From: Malacoraja senta
Taxonomy: Eukaryota
Direction: 5' to 3'
Length of the DNA: 64,000 bases
Assembly (NCBI GenBank): GCA_038087875.1
Contig: JAXLNO010005813.1
Span: 62,001 to 126,000 of the forward strand
A program made the position numbers and the translations under genes. Positions 1 through 13,459 of the stretch are shown here, in pieces; position 1 is the stretch's first letter; each line of letters begins with the position of its first letter. The notes under the pieces were generated by a model that ran no database searches, was not told the DNA's origin, and saw only the letters and a program-made list of their open reading frames with translations.

Positions 1-1816
1 GAATTCTAATCCAAACCACAGCTTATGACAGGGGAAATTGAAGGCTTGAAAATGGTTATTTTTAGGATGATTGATTCATTGATTCATTGGTGGATAAACT
101 CTGAAGAAGGATGTCAGAGGCTGTCAGTTCCACAGCTAGAAGTGCATGTGAATTCACATGGATGTATTTAATGGGAGTAACATTCAACTGTGAAATGGCA
201 CAGACTGTCACTGTAATACAGTCTGCACAATTTTCCCCATCATTGATTTCACTGGAGAGGCAAATCAGGTGATTCATATAACAGACAGTCAATCTATTAC
301 TGCCAAAATTAAATATTATGCAGATAATTGGTATAGAAAACTTCACATGGTCCATGATGAATAAATGCCTTTTGAGAAAAATTCTATTTCTCAACTCAGG
401 CATACCTCTGGCCTTGATTGAGGTTGATAATTACTCCCCAATCAAACACCCTTTTGTACCATGGCTGCACTTCCATTTGGAAATTAACCCTTTTTTAATA
501 AAAAGATATATCTAGACAAAATAAACAATAAAATGATCAGAGCAGTAATTTAACATTTCACCGTTCCACTGTTGATCATAAATTATCAATCTATAGTATT
601 CACAGATCATTTCAGTTCAATAAATTATGGACTGATAACTCTCTGCCAATCATTCATTTTTCTCTAATTATTTATGGCACTCACTACCTCAGTGTGCACA
701 AAAACTTCCATTGTTCAGGAGAAGAGCTTAACTATTTTTCTTCCCTTTCAGTTAAGAAAGAATTCTGTGTCTTGTTCATGAGATCTGTCCCATTAAGGCT
801 TCAAACCTTGCAATTGTTTTCATCTACCCATTGCAGGCTTATTGATTTCAATGGTTACAAGCTTCAATGTGTTTCATTTCAGGTTGCTGATATTTGGAAA
901 TGTTCTTTGCTATTGAATAGGAAATGGAAGCTGGGCTATACAACACTAGAGCATCTTAATACCTGAAGCAGTTCCCTCTTTGAGGCTACACTGCCATCAT
1001 GGCACTTAGGTTTCCATCTTACATTTCTGCTTTGCTCACTACTTGGTGCCAAGGAACAGAAAACACAAGAGCTCTACACAAATAAGCTGCTCCCAATTAA
1101 CACTACTGATGGGCCCCATGCTGTCTGAAACAAGTGAACCTTTTAGCTGAATAATTCGAGATACAATAAAACAAATAAACCTTTCTTGCACTTTGAAACA
1201 CATATCTGTTCAAATTCTGTTTCTTGGTTCTCCCAACTCAGTTCTTTCAGAACAACATCTTTTCTTTTTGGCACTTTGAAATGTTGCATATTTGACATTG
1301 CTGTGCGAGCTTTCTATCTTCAACAACTGTTGTGCACCCTGAATTAAGTCATTGTAAGCACTTTTTCTAAATTTGGAACACAAACATTTAAACTTAGATA
1401 CATGGGCCAGGCTATCCTCAAATGCCCACCAGAGATCACTGCAGCATTTCTGATATCACCTGAAGCCAAATTAAATAGCCCTCAAACACCCCTGATGGAA
1501 GGACTCCTGTCTCCATTAGATTTTAACAGCAAATATATCAGGAAATGTAAAATCCATTGAAACTGAAGGAAATAAAACAAATATGTTTGTTTTAATTGGT
1601 AAATGAATTGAAAGATATAAAAGCTCCTAGAAGTAATTAAAAAAAAGAAACTGTAAATTAAAACCAAATAATTAAAAAATAATGATGTTGCCTCTATGCC
1701 CCAAATCAGTTGCCTGCAACCCCATTGAAAACAGATCTGACCTGGCAAAGAATTGAAGTGCGAATTCACCAGGGTAATATTCGGGAATTCCAACAAAACT
1801 GGGTCCAGCTATTGAC

Positions 1817-1861
1817 ACCCCCCCCACCCCCCCACACCCCCACCCCCCACCCCCCACCCCC
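1817..1861 (-). repeat. C-rich tract, G-quadruplex potential on the minus strand (mirror 44891..44930)
   Basis: (CCCCCA)n-like tract; length differs between the arms. Confidence 0.7.
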
Positions 1862-4371
1862 AAACTGTCAGCATCTCCTGGACATATACATCTGCCAACA
1901 TGTGTGTATCAGCCCAGGAATAACCAGTTTGATTGCTGAATGGCAGTAGTTTCATGTAAAACCACTGGCCACAGCCAGCAGTTTCTTGTTCACAATTACA
2001 CAGAGTCTCAGCACTTCTAGGAGTGTCTTAATAACCATATCTGTCATGCACTTTCACCTTGATTCAGCAATCAATGAGACAACTTACTCTCGCAGAAGGC
2101 CCTGATCAAATCAGCAGATTAGTATTGATCTCTGTGCATGCCTACTGATACCTAAAGCAATCAAGAAGCTGGACTCATTACATGCCAATACTGTAATCAA
2201 AAAGGTAGAGATTTCCAGTTATTTTGTTAAAATATTCTTCAACTCTCTGGTAGTTAGGCAATGACTGCACATTTCCAAAAGACAGTTTCAGTTCTAACAA
2301 GGAAATTACAATGATGTTAATTAAAAATATTGACTTTGTTCTAATTATTGTTCTGATTATCTTATTTTTTTCAATAAATGAAGATGCTATCAAATAATAA
2401 TCTCAAAACTTTGCGTTCATAACTTCATAAAGTTCAACAAATGTAGCCTGCAGTAATGTTTGTGAATTTTATGAATTTCAAATTGTTTCCATCGCTATGG
2501 GGAATCAATTAGAACTCACTGAATCATATCAGTGCAGGGTATAAAAGACTACACCTTAGTTGCACAATTTTCTTCATTCCTACAGATACTTCCCTCTCTT
2601 TGTTGCACAGAAGCAGAAAGATTATGACACTTCAACAGGCTCAGTGCTGCTGATTTTCTTGCCTCAGGACTTTTTATATGTAGGACATCTCCTGGCTGAA
2701 TCTTATCCTATGTGACATGACAAGGAAATGCAAGTGTAGCATTAGGCTTGTTGCTGGCCAAGTTACCCTCCGTCTGGAATGGAACCTCAAACACCTGCTG
2801 AGGTATATCAGCTAGAGGTCCTGAAGTCTAAATAGCCTTTGGAAATGAAAAAAAGTCTGTACTTCAGTGAATCTCAGTCTTCAGACACTCGTAATTGCCT
2901 GAAAGTAGTCATCCATTTATCCAGAGAAGGTGTTATAGAGACACAAGGAACTGCAATGCTGGAATCTTGTGCAAAACACAAAGTGCTGGAGGAACTCAGG
3001 AAGACGTGTCCTGACCTGAAACGCCATCTGTCCATTTCCTCCACTGATGCTGAATGATTTGCTGAGTTCCTCCAATATATTTAGTATTTGAAGGCGTGAT
3101 AGAGCTGGGTTGAATACACAACTGATTTCTTGTGTCACTTGACTGCGGGTACAGGCCTGTCTCCCTCCATTTATCCTTCTTATCCATGCATAGAAACTTC
3201 AGAAATTCTAGAGCCAAAAAGGCAAGGTGGTTCTCTGTCCTCACATCCTGATCTCTGAATCAAATATGATTATTACCTAAATGGATATGAATAGTCGTAG
3301 ATGTTTCATATAGTGGAGTGCGGAGACCATCAATGTGCTATGATTCGGTTAGATGATAAAGCTGAAAGTAATACCAAGTGGGAGTAAAGTAGACAAAAGT
3401 TCCTGAGCAAACACAAAAGCCTGTTGAATGGCTTTTTCAGGTGTAAATGCAATGTTAGTATAAGAGCATTGAGCATGTACAAATGCAATGATGTGGAGTT
3501 AATACCATATACTGAGCAAATGATTGTGCATGGTATAAAGATCCAACCAATGTACAGTGGTCACAGCAGAGCTGAGACAAATCAATTCTCACCGTAAAGA
3601 TCAATCACACGTTTGTGAGATAGCGAGGGTGAACAAAAAGCTTCAGATTTGAAATTAAAATTAGTTTGGAGCGAATTAAATTATTCTCAGTGTATCACTC
3701 TAATTAATTTCAATTTGCTTTCTTGCATCATAAGATCTTATAATGCCATTATGTATGTTATGAATAAGGCCTAAAAGCACAATATAACACAAACCTTTGT
3801 TGTCACTACTACAGTTATTCTAGTTTTCAAATATTTACTCAGTATTCAAATGTTCCACTATGACTGGGTGAATTTTGATAAATGTACAGAATGTGTTATA
3901 ACGCGGGAATAGGCTATCCAAAAGAAGATGCCATTAATAATGGAGATATGATAGATTGCAAATGTGGATTCTTTGAGGTGCTGGAGGAACTCAGCGGGTC
4001 AGGCAACATTTGCTGAAAGAAATGGACAGATGACATTTCAGGTCGATTCCCTTCTCACTATTAGCATTGTTCCTTCCTTTCTCATTAAACTTCTTCTCTT
4101 CCATTCTTTTTTTCTATCATGTGCTTAACCAGCTTGAATGAATCAAAGCTGTTTTCCATGCTGGTAACAAATTCCACATCTCAAGCAGAATACCCTGTTG
4201 GTTTTATCAATGGCTACCTAACATTCATGAGCCCTGTTTTTTGGACTTTTTCTTACATGTGAAGCATTGTCATTGCCTTAATCTTTGCAAACACCTGCAA
4301 CAGGTCACTTCTCTTTTCCAGGGAATACTTTCACAGTTTAATGAATAAACAATACATATATTACTGCACTC

Positions 4372-4414
4372 AATTACATAGACTATTCAAAGGAATTACA
4401 TAGACTATTCAAAG
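4372..4414. repeat. 22-bp tandem duplication
   Basis: aattacatagactattcaaag(g) twice. Confidence 0.9.
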
Positions 4415-5009
4415 TCCTTAGATCTCCATGAAATGTATGTACACAATCATTAGTATATGCAGAGTGCCATAGAAGCAAGGATGAAATTAGAACAAACAAG
4501 GCTGATATGACTCAAATATCAGGCAGCATCTTTTACAGAAATTATAATTGACCAACCATTATTTTCAAATGTTTTTTTGTTCTTTCCTGTTTTAGGTATA
4601 GCAGTGTAGACAAGAGTTTGGAATGTATCAGAACAAATTTACTCTGACTAGGAATATTGAAGATGAGAACATGTTTAGCCATCTAGTATGAGGGCTACAA
4701 TTACCATCAAACAAATGAGTTAGTTCATTGTGGCACTAGGATGGTTGACGCCCAATTTGTTACTTTCCTTCCCTTCCTCATGTTGGTGACCTTGTCCTGA
4801 CAAGCTCTTGGGTTCAAGTCCAAATCCCCACTGACTTGGGCATCAAATTTGCAAATTGTCCGAAGCTCAGATGACAAATAGTGGATGTTATCAGGATTTA
4901 TCTTAGAAAATGTATAGTGAATATTGTAGGAACATAATAAGGTTAAACTACCAAATGTACACATTTTTGTTCATTTTCAATATACTAAAAAGTAAGTCAC
5001 AATTTCAAT

Positions 5010-5094
5010 TGAGGGATGCTGCCTGACCCGCTGAGTTACTCCAGCTTTTTGCGTCTATATCTTCGGTTTCAACCAGAATCTGCAGTTCTGCCCT
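5010..5094 (+). mobile_element. Truncated PLE pLTR
   Basis: TSD tcacaatttcaat at 4997..5009 and 5095..5107. Confidence 0.85.
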
Positions 5095-7546
5095 TCACAA
5101 TTTCAATATATTTTTAGAAGAAACAAGATATTCACAGAGAAAATGGAGAAACAAAGAACTGCAAATGCTGGTTTATACCAAAACTTTATACCCACTATAA
5201 CTTAGTGGGACAAACAGGATCTCTGGAGAAAAATGATGGGTACCGTTTTGGGACGGGACTCTTCTTTAGTCTGAAGAACAAGAAGCTGAGTTACTCCAGC
5301 ACTTTGCATCTATCTTAGATACAAAATATTAACACTCTCACTCATACTTTGAAGATAATCTGACTGTAAGTGGAATTAGATAACTTTAAGTGTGTTTGGA
5401 AACAAACTTGCTTCAATCTGTTAATATCATTATATAGCAGCATTGTCAAGTTTTCACATGTCAATTTCATCCTCTATCTTGTTGATCACATTCACAATAT
5501 AGTTTAGTTCAGCAATTCTGCTTTAACACTAGGGGAGCATGCTTTTAAATATCTCTAACAAAAACCATTAGATTATTGAAAAAAATAAGTGTTTCATAAG
5601 TGTCCTTCAGTGTAGGACATCTCACAATGAAGACCAAGGCGTGGTCGGAGTGAGGAAAGTGAAAATAGAACCCGTGAGAAGAGCGGGAAATTTTGAATAA
5701 CGAGGTTGAAGAATAATGTTGAAGGAGAGGTGGAGCAATCAATTCTAACTGTGATATACTTGTACATTTGTCTGACACAAGCTATGTAATTATTCATTCT
5801 CCAAGACCTAATGTCACCCCAGTGAACACAACAATGGCAAGAAAGCCAGTAATCAAGGATTACAGACAGTTCTCTCATATGATTCAAGGGCATGTTTGTC
5901 AGGACAAGGGGTAAAGAATAGAATGCTTTCAGAGAGGATCGATGTTTTAACAGGCACCCAGTGGTCAGATGAAGGTTACAAAAATAATTCTGATGGTAAA
6001 ACTACATGGAGAAAAGAAAGGGGTGCACTGAGATCATACAGCAAAGAGCTTTGTATAAATAACATTGTCAGAATCTGGAGTTACGAATACAAAATATTAG
6101 GAAAGCAGGCCAGGTTAAGACACTCTTCTCAGTTACAGGCAGCATGTAATAAATTACTTCCTAAGCGACAAAAAAACCCTTGAAATATTCTATTTCAGAT
6201 ATAGAATTACGCAAGTGCTCTGAGCACTTATTCTGTCATAGAAACTCAACTATTCAACCTGATCTGTGCTTATAATGCTTTTTGAGTGGTCTGATGAATG
6301 AAAGATTGACAGAAATACCTTTGCAACGGCTTAAGTGGAACCATTTTATCAAACATGCAAAGGATTTTCCAAAGTAGTTTGTTTGCTTCTGACCCTCGAC
6401 TGGCATGGGAGCAATAAGTGTTGAATTATGTTGAGACTTTTTTTGTTTTACTTGGAAATTATTGGATTTGTTTGGAGAATATAAATGTGCAAATGTTTCT
6501 CTCTCTGATGTTACTTTTCCAGCTGACTCATGGAGGGTTATCTAGGGATCTGTTTCAAGACCTCCAATTACTTCAAAAGCAATATTTCAGTGTGATTGGG
6601 TGACAGATTGTGTCTTCTTGAAGAATCAACCTGATTTTTACCAAACACTATTCCACGTTAATGAATAAGCAGTTTCCACAGCTTTCCTGAAGAATTTGCT
6701 ATATTTCCAAATACAGGTATCTTCACTTCCTTGCTAAGATATAGTATATTATCCTTAAGAATCAGTGTGGCATTAATGTGTGCAGTAAAAGGAGACGGAG
6801 TAGTCCTAAATGTATACTTCTCATCTGTATTTACTAGTGAGAAGGATATGGAAGTAAGGGAATTATGGTATCTTATCATTCCCATTTCCTACGTTAATTC
6901 CTTGCAAATTATTCCCTCTCACATTTGCCCATTTTTCCCTCCTGGATCACCTATCACCCACCCACATGTGGGACAATTTCTAATCACAATTAGCCTTAAC
7001 AACCAGGATGTCAATGGGATGAGGACAAAACTTGATCACAATTGAAGCAATGACAAGGACAACCTGCAAACTGTTCACAGAGAGCATTTGAGGTCAGAAT
7101 GAATGCCAAGTCACTGGAGCTAAGAACCAGCTCGACGACAGGTGGCCCAACTGAGCCTCTCTACTTTGAGGTGCTGGTGGCATTGCGGGCACTAGAGTGG
7201 GCCAGCCTGCAGACTTTCCTTGAGTGCCAACAATCATTGACCACTGTAATGCGCACACAAAAATTCCCCCAAATAACCCAAATCTTTCCTTAACAGGAAT
7301 CATTACCGCCCCCTGCCTTTTCTGATGTGAATCATGAGAAGAATTCCTTGATCATTTATGTTCAGTTTTTGGTGAATGCATAGGCAACTTTGTGGTCAGG
7401 AACACCAAACTGCCAGCATTGCCAATATGGATGAATCCTGGGGGATAAGGATTCCAAGTCCATAGTCCTCAATCTAATGCACTTTCCAAATGCAGCTGTT
7501 GTAGTTGGGCAACAAAAGCACAAGAGTACCAACATTATAATGGTAG

Positions 7547-7718
7547 ATAAAAATGCTGGAGAAACTCAGCGGGTGAGGCAGCATCTATGGAGCGAAGGAA
7601 TAGGTGATGTTTTGGGTCGAGACCCTTCTTCAGACTCCATAGACGCTGCCTCACCCGCTGAGTTTCTCCAGCATTTTTATCTACCTTCGATTTTTCAAGC
7701 ATCTGCAGTTCCTTTTTA
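7547..7718. mobile_element. PLE mini-element, hairpin form, inserted in Harbinger 1 (mirror ~38171..38342)
   Basis: TSD aacattataatggtag at 7531..7546 and 7719..7734; ~51-bp inverted arms over 7542..7685 with one mismatch. Confidence 0.9.
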
Positions 7719-7893
7719 AACATTATAATGGTAGTCCTGCTGTTGTGTCAAAATAAGGTTCTGCAATGAATCAGGCAGGAATGTCCTGGAGTTTTACATC
7801 CTGCAGCCACAGAGTTTTCATGACTATCTGTTGTGCAATGCTCTGTTTGCCAAGTCCAGATTACACACATCGCCAGATGAAGAACAGCATGGA

Positions 7894-7999
7894 CACAACA
7901 TCTTGGAGTGACTCAGTGGGACAGGCAGCATCTCTGGAGAGAAGGAATGGGTGACGTTTCGGGTCAAGACCTTTCTTTAGATTGAACTGCAGTTTTTCA
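7894..7999 (-). mobile_element. PLE mini-element inserted in Harbinger 1
   Basis: TSD gaagaacagcatgga at 7879..7893 and 8000..8014. Confidence 0.85.
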
Positions 8000-8401
8000 G
8001 AAGAACAGCATGGAACAGCAGGAACACAAGTCCGTGTCCGAAGAGCAGGACGAGGTACAGGAGCAAGAGGATGGAGAAAACTACCAGGCAAAGTCATTGC
8101 AGAACATCAGCCTCATCTCCTGTACTCCTGAGGAGAGAGGCAATGATGACATGGGCAATAAGGAACTCCCAGAGAGAAGACCCTGCTAAATCATTGTCTT
8201 CAATCCAGACAAATGGACCAAATCCATAATGCAGTCCTTAATAACCACATAGCTCATCAATCAGAGAGCGAGACCAGATGATGCATATACTCCAACTCCT
8301 TTGCACATTCACCTGCACTGGTCCTAACACACCAGTCAATGAATTCCTAATCTAATCATACGCTACAATTGTCATTGGTGGTGTGAGATGATCATGATAT
8401 T

Positions 8402-8610
8402 TCTTGTGAGGATTAGCAATTTATTTTTGCTTTGCTTAAATGAGTTTGGATTCTCACAGCTGGAGAGAACATCTGGAACCATTTCCTGCCAGGAACTTCC
8501 CACTGGATCGTCTTGGTACACAGACTCTCCCTCAGGACATGCATCTCAGTTCTTTGGACATCAATGCCTCTTTCCATGAAAACTCTTTCTCTCTCTGCTC
8601 CATGGCAGTT
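8402..8610 (-). mobile_element. Fossil Myb/SANT-like (trihelix) partner ORF of Harbinger 1 (mirror ~37276..37484 +)
   Basis: 8491..8402 reads WQEMVPDVLSSCENPNSFKQSKNKLLILTR, fitting W-x-E-(V/I)-A-x-x-V...Q-C-K-x-K-x-x-x-L-x-R. It is convergent with the transposase. Confidence 0.55.
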
Positions 8611-8894
8611 TTTGTGCTAGTTGTTGGTATCTGGCTGGAAAGGTAAATGTGCCATTTAGGGCTGATGCCTGTCTTAGGTTGCTGTGCAATAGGTTATTGG
8701 AAGCTGTTTAAATGAACCCCATCCTGTTCGGAACCACGGAATTAAAGGTTCCATTTTAGTAGACGCTACTAGGCAGAGACTGCGCCAATATTTTTCATTT
8801 CCTTTTTGGTTAATTGCTCCATTTCACATGCGACCCAGTTCAGTGTAACCTGAAATGCAAAGACTGTTTAACATACTAAAATTCAGTTTTTGGG

Positions 8895-9625
8895 TATTAG
8901 GTAGCTAATGAAGTACTTTCGCATGAAGTGCATAATTTATAAGAAAAGGCTTCAGTGAAATCAGTGGATTAACAGTGAAAACAGCAGGGAATGGAGGGAT
9001 ATGGATCATGTGCAGGCTGATGAGATTAGTTGAATTTAGCATCATGTTTGGCACAGATATTGTGGGCTGAAGAGCCTGTTCCTGTCCTGTATATTTCTAT
9101 ATTCTATGTTCTTATAATGATCAGATTATTTGTATTTAACAGTGATAGATGAAGGATGCATTTTGGGTGATAACACCAAAGTGAACACCCTACTTAATTT
9201 TCCCAAACAGTGTTTTAGGATTTAAAAAAAACCCAAAGTTCTGGAAAAACTCAGCAGGTCAGACAGCAACTCTGGAGAACCTGGATAGGGACATTTCAGA
9301 TTGGGCCCCGTCTTCAGACTCAAAACATCAACAATCCATGTCCTCCAGAGATGCTGCTTGATCTGCCGAGTTACTCCAGCACTTTGTGTGTTTTTTTGTG
9401 TAGACTAGCATCTGTAATTCATTTTGTCACTTTAGGATATTTTATATCTCCTTAGGTGATAGAACAGACCAGAGATTTATATCTCAACCATATGACAGCG
9501 CAGAATGTCTCAATACTGTACCAGAAAGTCAGCCTGGATGATGTGTGCAAATCTCAGGGCTGGGAATTAATCATAAAATTTGACCCAGAAGTGAACACGA
9601 AAGCTGAAGGTTGAGTCATGCTGAC
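8895..9625 (-). mobile_element. Old Deu-domain (SacSINE1/AmnSINE-like) SINE relic with CR1 tail and PLE insertions (mirror ~36265..36990 +)
   Basis: Degenerate matches to the reverse-complemented Deu-SINE body (ataatgatcagattat..., gtcagcctggatgatgtgtgcaaatctc). By eye only. Confidence 0.5.
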
Positions 9626-10019
9626 AAGAAGTGAACTGGGGACATTCCTGATTTGAACGGTTCACCATCACATGGGGCTTTTATCTGAACCACCTGTGAA
9701 TTTAGTTCATGGAAAGTATGCATAGTGCTTTATTTCAAAGAAAACAGAAAACTGAGGAGTTAAAATATTTGAAAAAACCTGAAGAGCTCTCAATGGAAAA
9801 ATACGAAAGAAGTGCTGATTTTTTTTCTAGGTTGAAATTTCCTAAGAACTGTGCAGTGAAATTGTAGCTGCTCTCCTCGGGTAACAGCGAGTTTCCTGAC
9901 AGTCAGAAAAACAGACGCAATATTGTCTGCCTCACGCAAAATAATCATGTTACCAAAAATGTATGTAACTGAGAAGACACAGGAGACCAGTAACATTTGG
10001 CCTTTAAGGATCAGTTCAA

Positions 10020-10420
10020 TTAGTACCAACTTTCTCTTGCAAATTGAAGTGTGATATGATCTTTTCCACATTGCCATCTCTCACAGGCAAACCCAATCTT
10101 TGGTGATCTTCTCAGATCCCTACTGAATAGAAATACTTTCTTCAGGAAGAAGGGAAGATGCAAATAGCTCCAGGAGAAGACTGCTATATTGTCGAGGGAT
10201 AGGCACAGGAGGCCCAAATGTGTCATCGATACTGATGCCCGGCTTTTGTAGAAACATTGAAATTCAATTAATTGTGGTCCAGAAAGTTGAGAAGAGATAT
10301 GGCAAACACAATGGTTGTAAATGGAGCTGGAAATTAGGCCAAAACGTGGGACAGCGGGCCCCTGAAAACACTGGCTGGAACATTGCTGCAATTGTTGATT
10401 AACATTGCATGAATCCTTGA
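10020..10420 (-). mobile_element. Possible fourth Harbinger transposase relic (mirror ~35470..35871 +)
   Basis: SQCFQGPAVPRFGLISSSIYNHCV resembles SGSFQ...GISQxxVHxCI. atcgatgacacatttgggcctccag resembles ID-THVAL with a frameshift. Weak. Confidence 0.35.
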
Positions 10421-11344
10421 GAGAAAAGATACAGGAACAAGGAAGGGGCAAAGATACACAGCAAAGAAAGCACAGATGATAAAATTCTTTCTCGTTGCAC
10501 TGAAACAGAAAAGATTAAGTTAGATTTTCAAATATAAAAATGTTTTGCAAGGGTAAATAGCAGAGGGATATTTGCAAAGATAGCAAATAATCTGAATTGA
10601 CATCCAAAAGAAAACAGAAGCCTGAGGAAATTTTAGGATGAAAAGTTATTAAAACACTGAATATTTTATTACATATAGCTATCAAAGCAGATATTGGAAT
10701 ATAATATGGAAGGTAGCAATTAACAGGAAAGAATATAAACTGAAACCGGTAATGAGGTGAATAATAGGTGAACAGCAACTGATGGCACATCTGGTGAAAT
10801 TCAATGATATTGCAAAATGCATGGTTTGTTGGCACAACCCTTTGAAATTTCTGCTTTAAGGTTTTTTTTTGTCCTTTGTCAAGCTTACCACCCACTGCCG
10901 GAACAGATGTAATACCGATTTACTGATTGAGAATAAGGTATATACAGGTAAATTTGCAGTTCATTTCATGATTAAAATAAGTGTTATGCGAAAATGTATT
11001 TAAAGTGGTAAATTACAAAAAGAGCGTAACATAGATATCATCCTGGTAATGCACCTACACAATTTGAGATAATTTACAGAGACCAGCTTGATGTCCAGCA
11101 TACACTCATCGGTGGGAATGGTGAATCATGGCCAGAGTCTCTGATTTCTCGTTGTAAGGGTAAGGTCCCCATTAGGGATATGGATTCAAAAAATGACTCA
11201 TTGTACGTCATAAGTTGAAGGTCCAAACATCAAGAGCACCCAGGGAGTTCACCTCAAACATTATTTTGCCAGATCCCCTCATTGTACTTGTTTGCAAGTT
11301 ACTATTTGGCTTTGATGTCAGTGAGATTAAGGGCAATAAACACT

Positions 11345-11780
11345 CAAGAGTCAAGATTAATCAAAAGTGTTTTATTGTCATATGTCCAGAAATGGAACAA
11401 TGAAATTCTCACTTGCAGCAGCACAACAGATGTCAGGGGTTATGGGGAGTAGGCAGGAGAATGGGGTTAGGACAGAGAGGCAGAGTAGACTTGATGGGCC
11501 GAATGACATAATTCTGTTCCTATCACTTAAGACATATAAACATAGCACTCTGTAAAACCCATTATAAATTACAAAAAATGCTCAGTATATAAATATATAA
11601 TTATAAAACAAACAAACAAACAAACAAAAATAGTGCAAAGTAAAAAATAATGCCAGCAAGTCTATGTTATTCAGAGCCTACTTGAAGGCTATAGTGTTTA
11701 ATAGCCTGATGGTTGTTAGGAAAAAGCTGCCCCTGAACCTGACAATACAGTTTTTAGGCTCCTATACCTTCTTCCCAATT
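11345..11780 (-). mobile_element. Rex1/Babar-type LINE 3' end, with a short CR1 tail inserted at ~11432..11520 (mirror ~34092..34527 +)
   Basis: Mirror reads GRRYRSLKTVLSGSG/..SFFLTTIRLLN, the Rex1/Babar C-terminal motif, then a 3' UTR ending gacatatgacaataaa. Confidence 0.75.
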
Positions 11781-12828
11781 GCAGGAGTAAAATTGAAATA
11801 TAAATATTGTCCTTCCAGAAATGTTTCAGTTCTTAATCATTATTTCAGAATTGCTGCAAAAATCTCAATTAGCATAATGCAATACTAAAGTGGCAAATGT
11901 CATTTGCAACCAGTAAGAAACATGGGAATTTTGTCAGTTCTCTTCTGTACATTGTCACGCTCTTGTACTTTTCATAATGGGCTTTGTAGACTAAGAATAC
12001 AGTGTTCATGCAAAGGTGAAGAAGATACACCAGGTATTAATTTAAAGATTTGGTCTGTCCCCTGAGATTTTGAAATGTAATTGTAATTGGGCTAGAGTGT
12101 AGTCAGATAAATATAGGAAGTAAGGACTGAAGCCAGAGTCTATTGGTGAATGTTCAGTCATCTGGTCCCTGCCATTTTGTATTCTGCTGATGCTGAATTT
12201 AATGAGTAAAGCTCTTTATGACAGTGAAGAAGAGAAAAGAAGCATTTGTGTTCTCAAAGGAATTTGAATCTGATCGGTATCTGAATTACATTTGCAAATT
12301 TCTCCCTTAGCCAACACAGAAACCAAACTGTCATCAGAACCAGATTTCAGTTCCAGACTTGTGCCAGAGAAAAATAACTGTAAAGAGGTAAGTTAAAGCA
12401 ACCAGAGAAGATGGAAACAAATAGACTACGAGAGGATAAGGTAAAGGATTGAGAAATATAGACCGCTGGGCTTTGGAAAACAGCTGAAAAAATATTTCAT
12501 CTGATCTGGGGGGAAATTTTCCTAGGTCTGCACCCAGGACATAGGATTGTCTCAGTGAAGTGAATACCAGCAGACTGGACAGTACAAGTTCTTAGGTTAA
12601 AGTAATAGATACAATATCCCCTCATGTAAGTTACTAAGGTGGAGATATTTACAATCACAAAATGAGATTTAAGTTGAGTTAAATACATTTATTGTTGTAA
12701 AAAAAATGCCGTAGGGGTTAGGGTTCATGATTAACCCATTGTCTTTACTTCAGTTGCAGGCAATACATTGGTGCTGCCTCCTGATATCTTGGACTTAGGT
12801 ACAACCTTTCATTGACAGGACCTTTACC

Positions 12829-12929
12829 AGTCTGAAGAAAGGTCTCAACCCAAAACATCGCCTATTCCTTCTATCCAGAGATGCTGCCTGACCCGCTGAG
12901 TTATTCCCAGCATTTTGTGTCTATCTTCT
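12829..12929 (+). mobile_element. PLE pLTR with mutated hammerhead core
   Basis: agtctgaagaaaggtctcaacccaaaacatc; imperfect TSD ggac[c/a]tttacc. Confidence 0.8.
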
Positions 12930-12999
12930 GGACATTTACCCACAGACAATTCATCATGATTGGATAGCTCCCCTTAAAGTGCTGGGGTAATCTAGATGC

Positions 13000-13400
13000 A
13001 GTTAGTGATGGGGATGACATCTTCATTACAGACTCTATCTTTGTTTAGGTGAGGTGAGCAAAAAACAAGTGTTCCAGGTGACCTCACCAACACATTGTAC
13101 AACCATAACAAAATCTCCCTGTTCTTAAACTCCATACCCCTGAATCGAGCCAAACAAACCATTTGTCTTCTTAAGGACCTGCCGACAAACTTTTTGTGAT
13201 TCATGCAGAAGAACCTCTATATCTCTCAAAACATCGCTCATTTTCAGTATCTTTCAATTTAGGTAATAATCTTATTTTCCATACCTCTTATCAAGGTCCA
13301 TAACCTCACTTCCTCGTAATCAACATCATTTGCCACGTTTTTGCCCAATCACTCAATCTATCTATGTCTCTTTGTAGAATCATAATGTCCTCATCACAAC
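13000..13400 (-). mobile_element. Old decayed CR1 RT C-terminal fragment (mirror ~32470..32870 +)
   Basis: ORF 12992..13204 RGMEFKNREILLWLYNVLVR resembles CR1 RGIEYKSREVLLQLYRALVR. Confidence 0.7.
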
Positions 13401-13459
13401 AAGCCATACTTTTCTAAATCTCTGGCCCTACATTTTTTATCTCAGACACACTTGGTAAT

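Larger units (their letters stand above)
7140..8100 (+). mobile_element. Fossil PIF/Harbinger transposase 1 (mirror ~37790..38750 -)
   Basis: Collinear decayed motifs ADFP*VPTIID (~AGFPxVxGAID), LNRNHY (~NRKGFH), G*ILGDKDY (~GWLLGDKGY; right arm 38438..38464), KIRFC (~KxRFRC), RVFMTICC, then an acidic tail EEQDEVQEQEDGE. Confidence 0.75.

Noticed and set aside
1-6. GAATTC (EcoRI) at the window start and at 46742..46747 marking the repeat boundary
   Set aside because: The second site is just the mirror of the first, and the true outer boundary cannot be seen because the left arm reaches the window edge.
4570-4700. Strong splice-acceptor-like sites (also ~21526 + and ~8850 -) as coding exons
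   Set aside because: Frames hit stops before a convincing donor and the peptides are not recognisable; non-coding exons cannot be excluded without RNA-seq.
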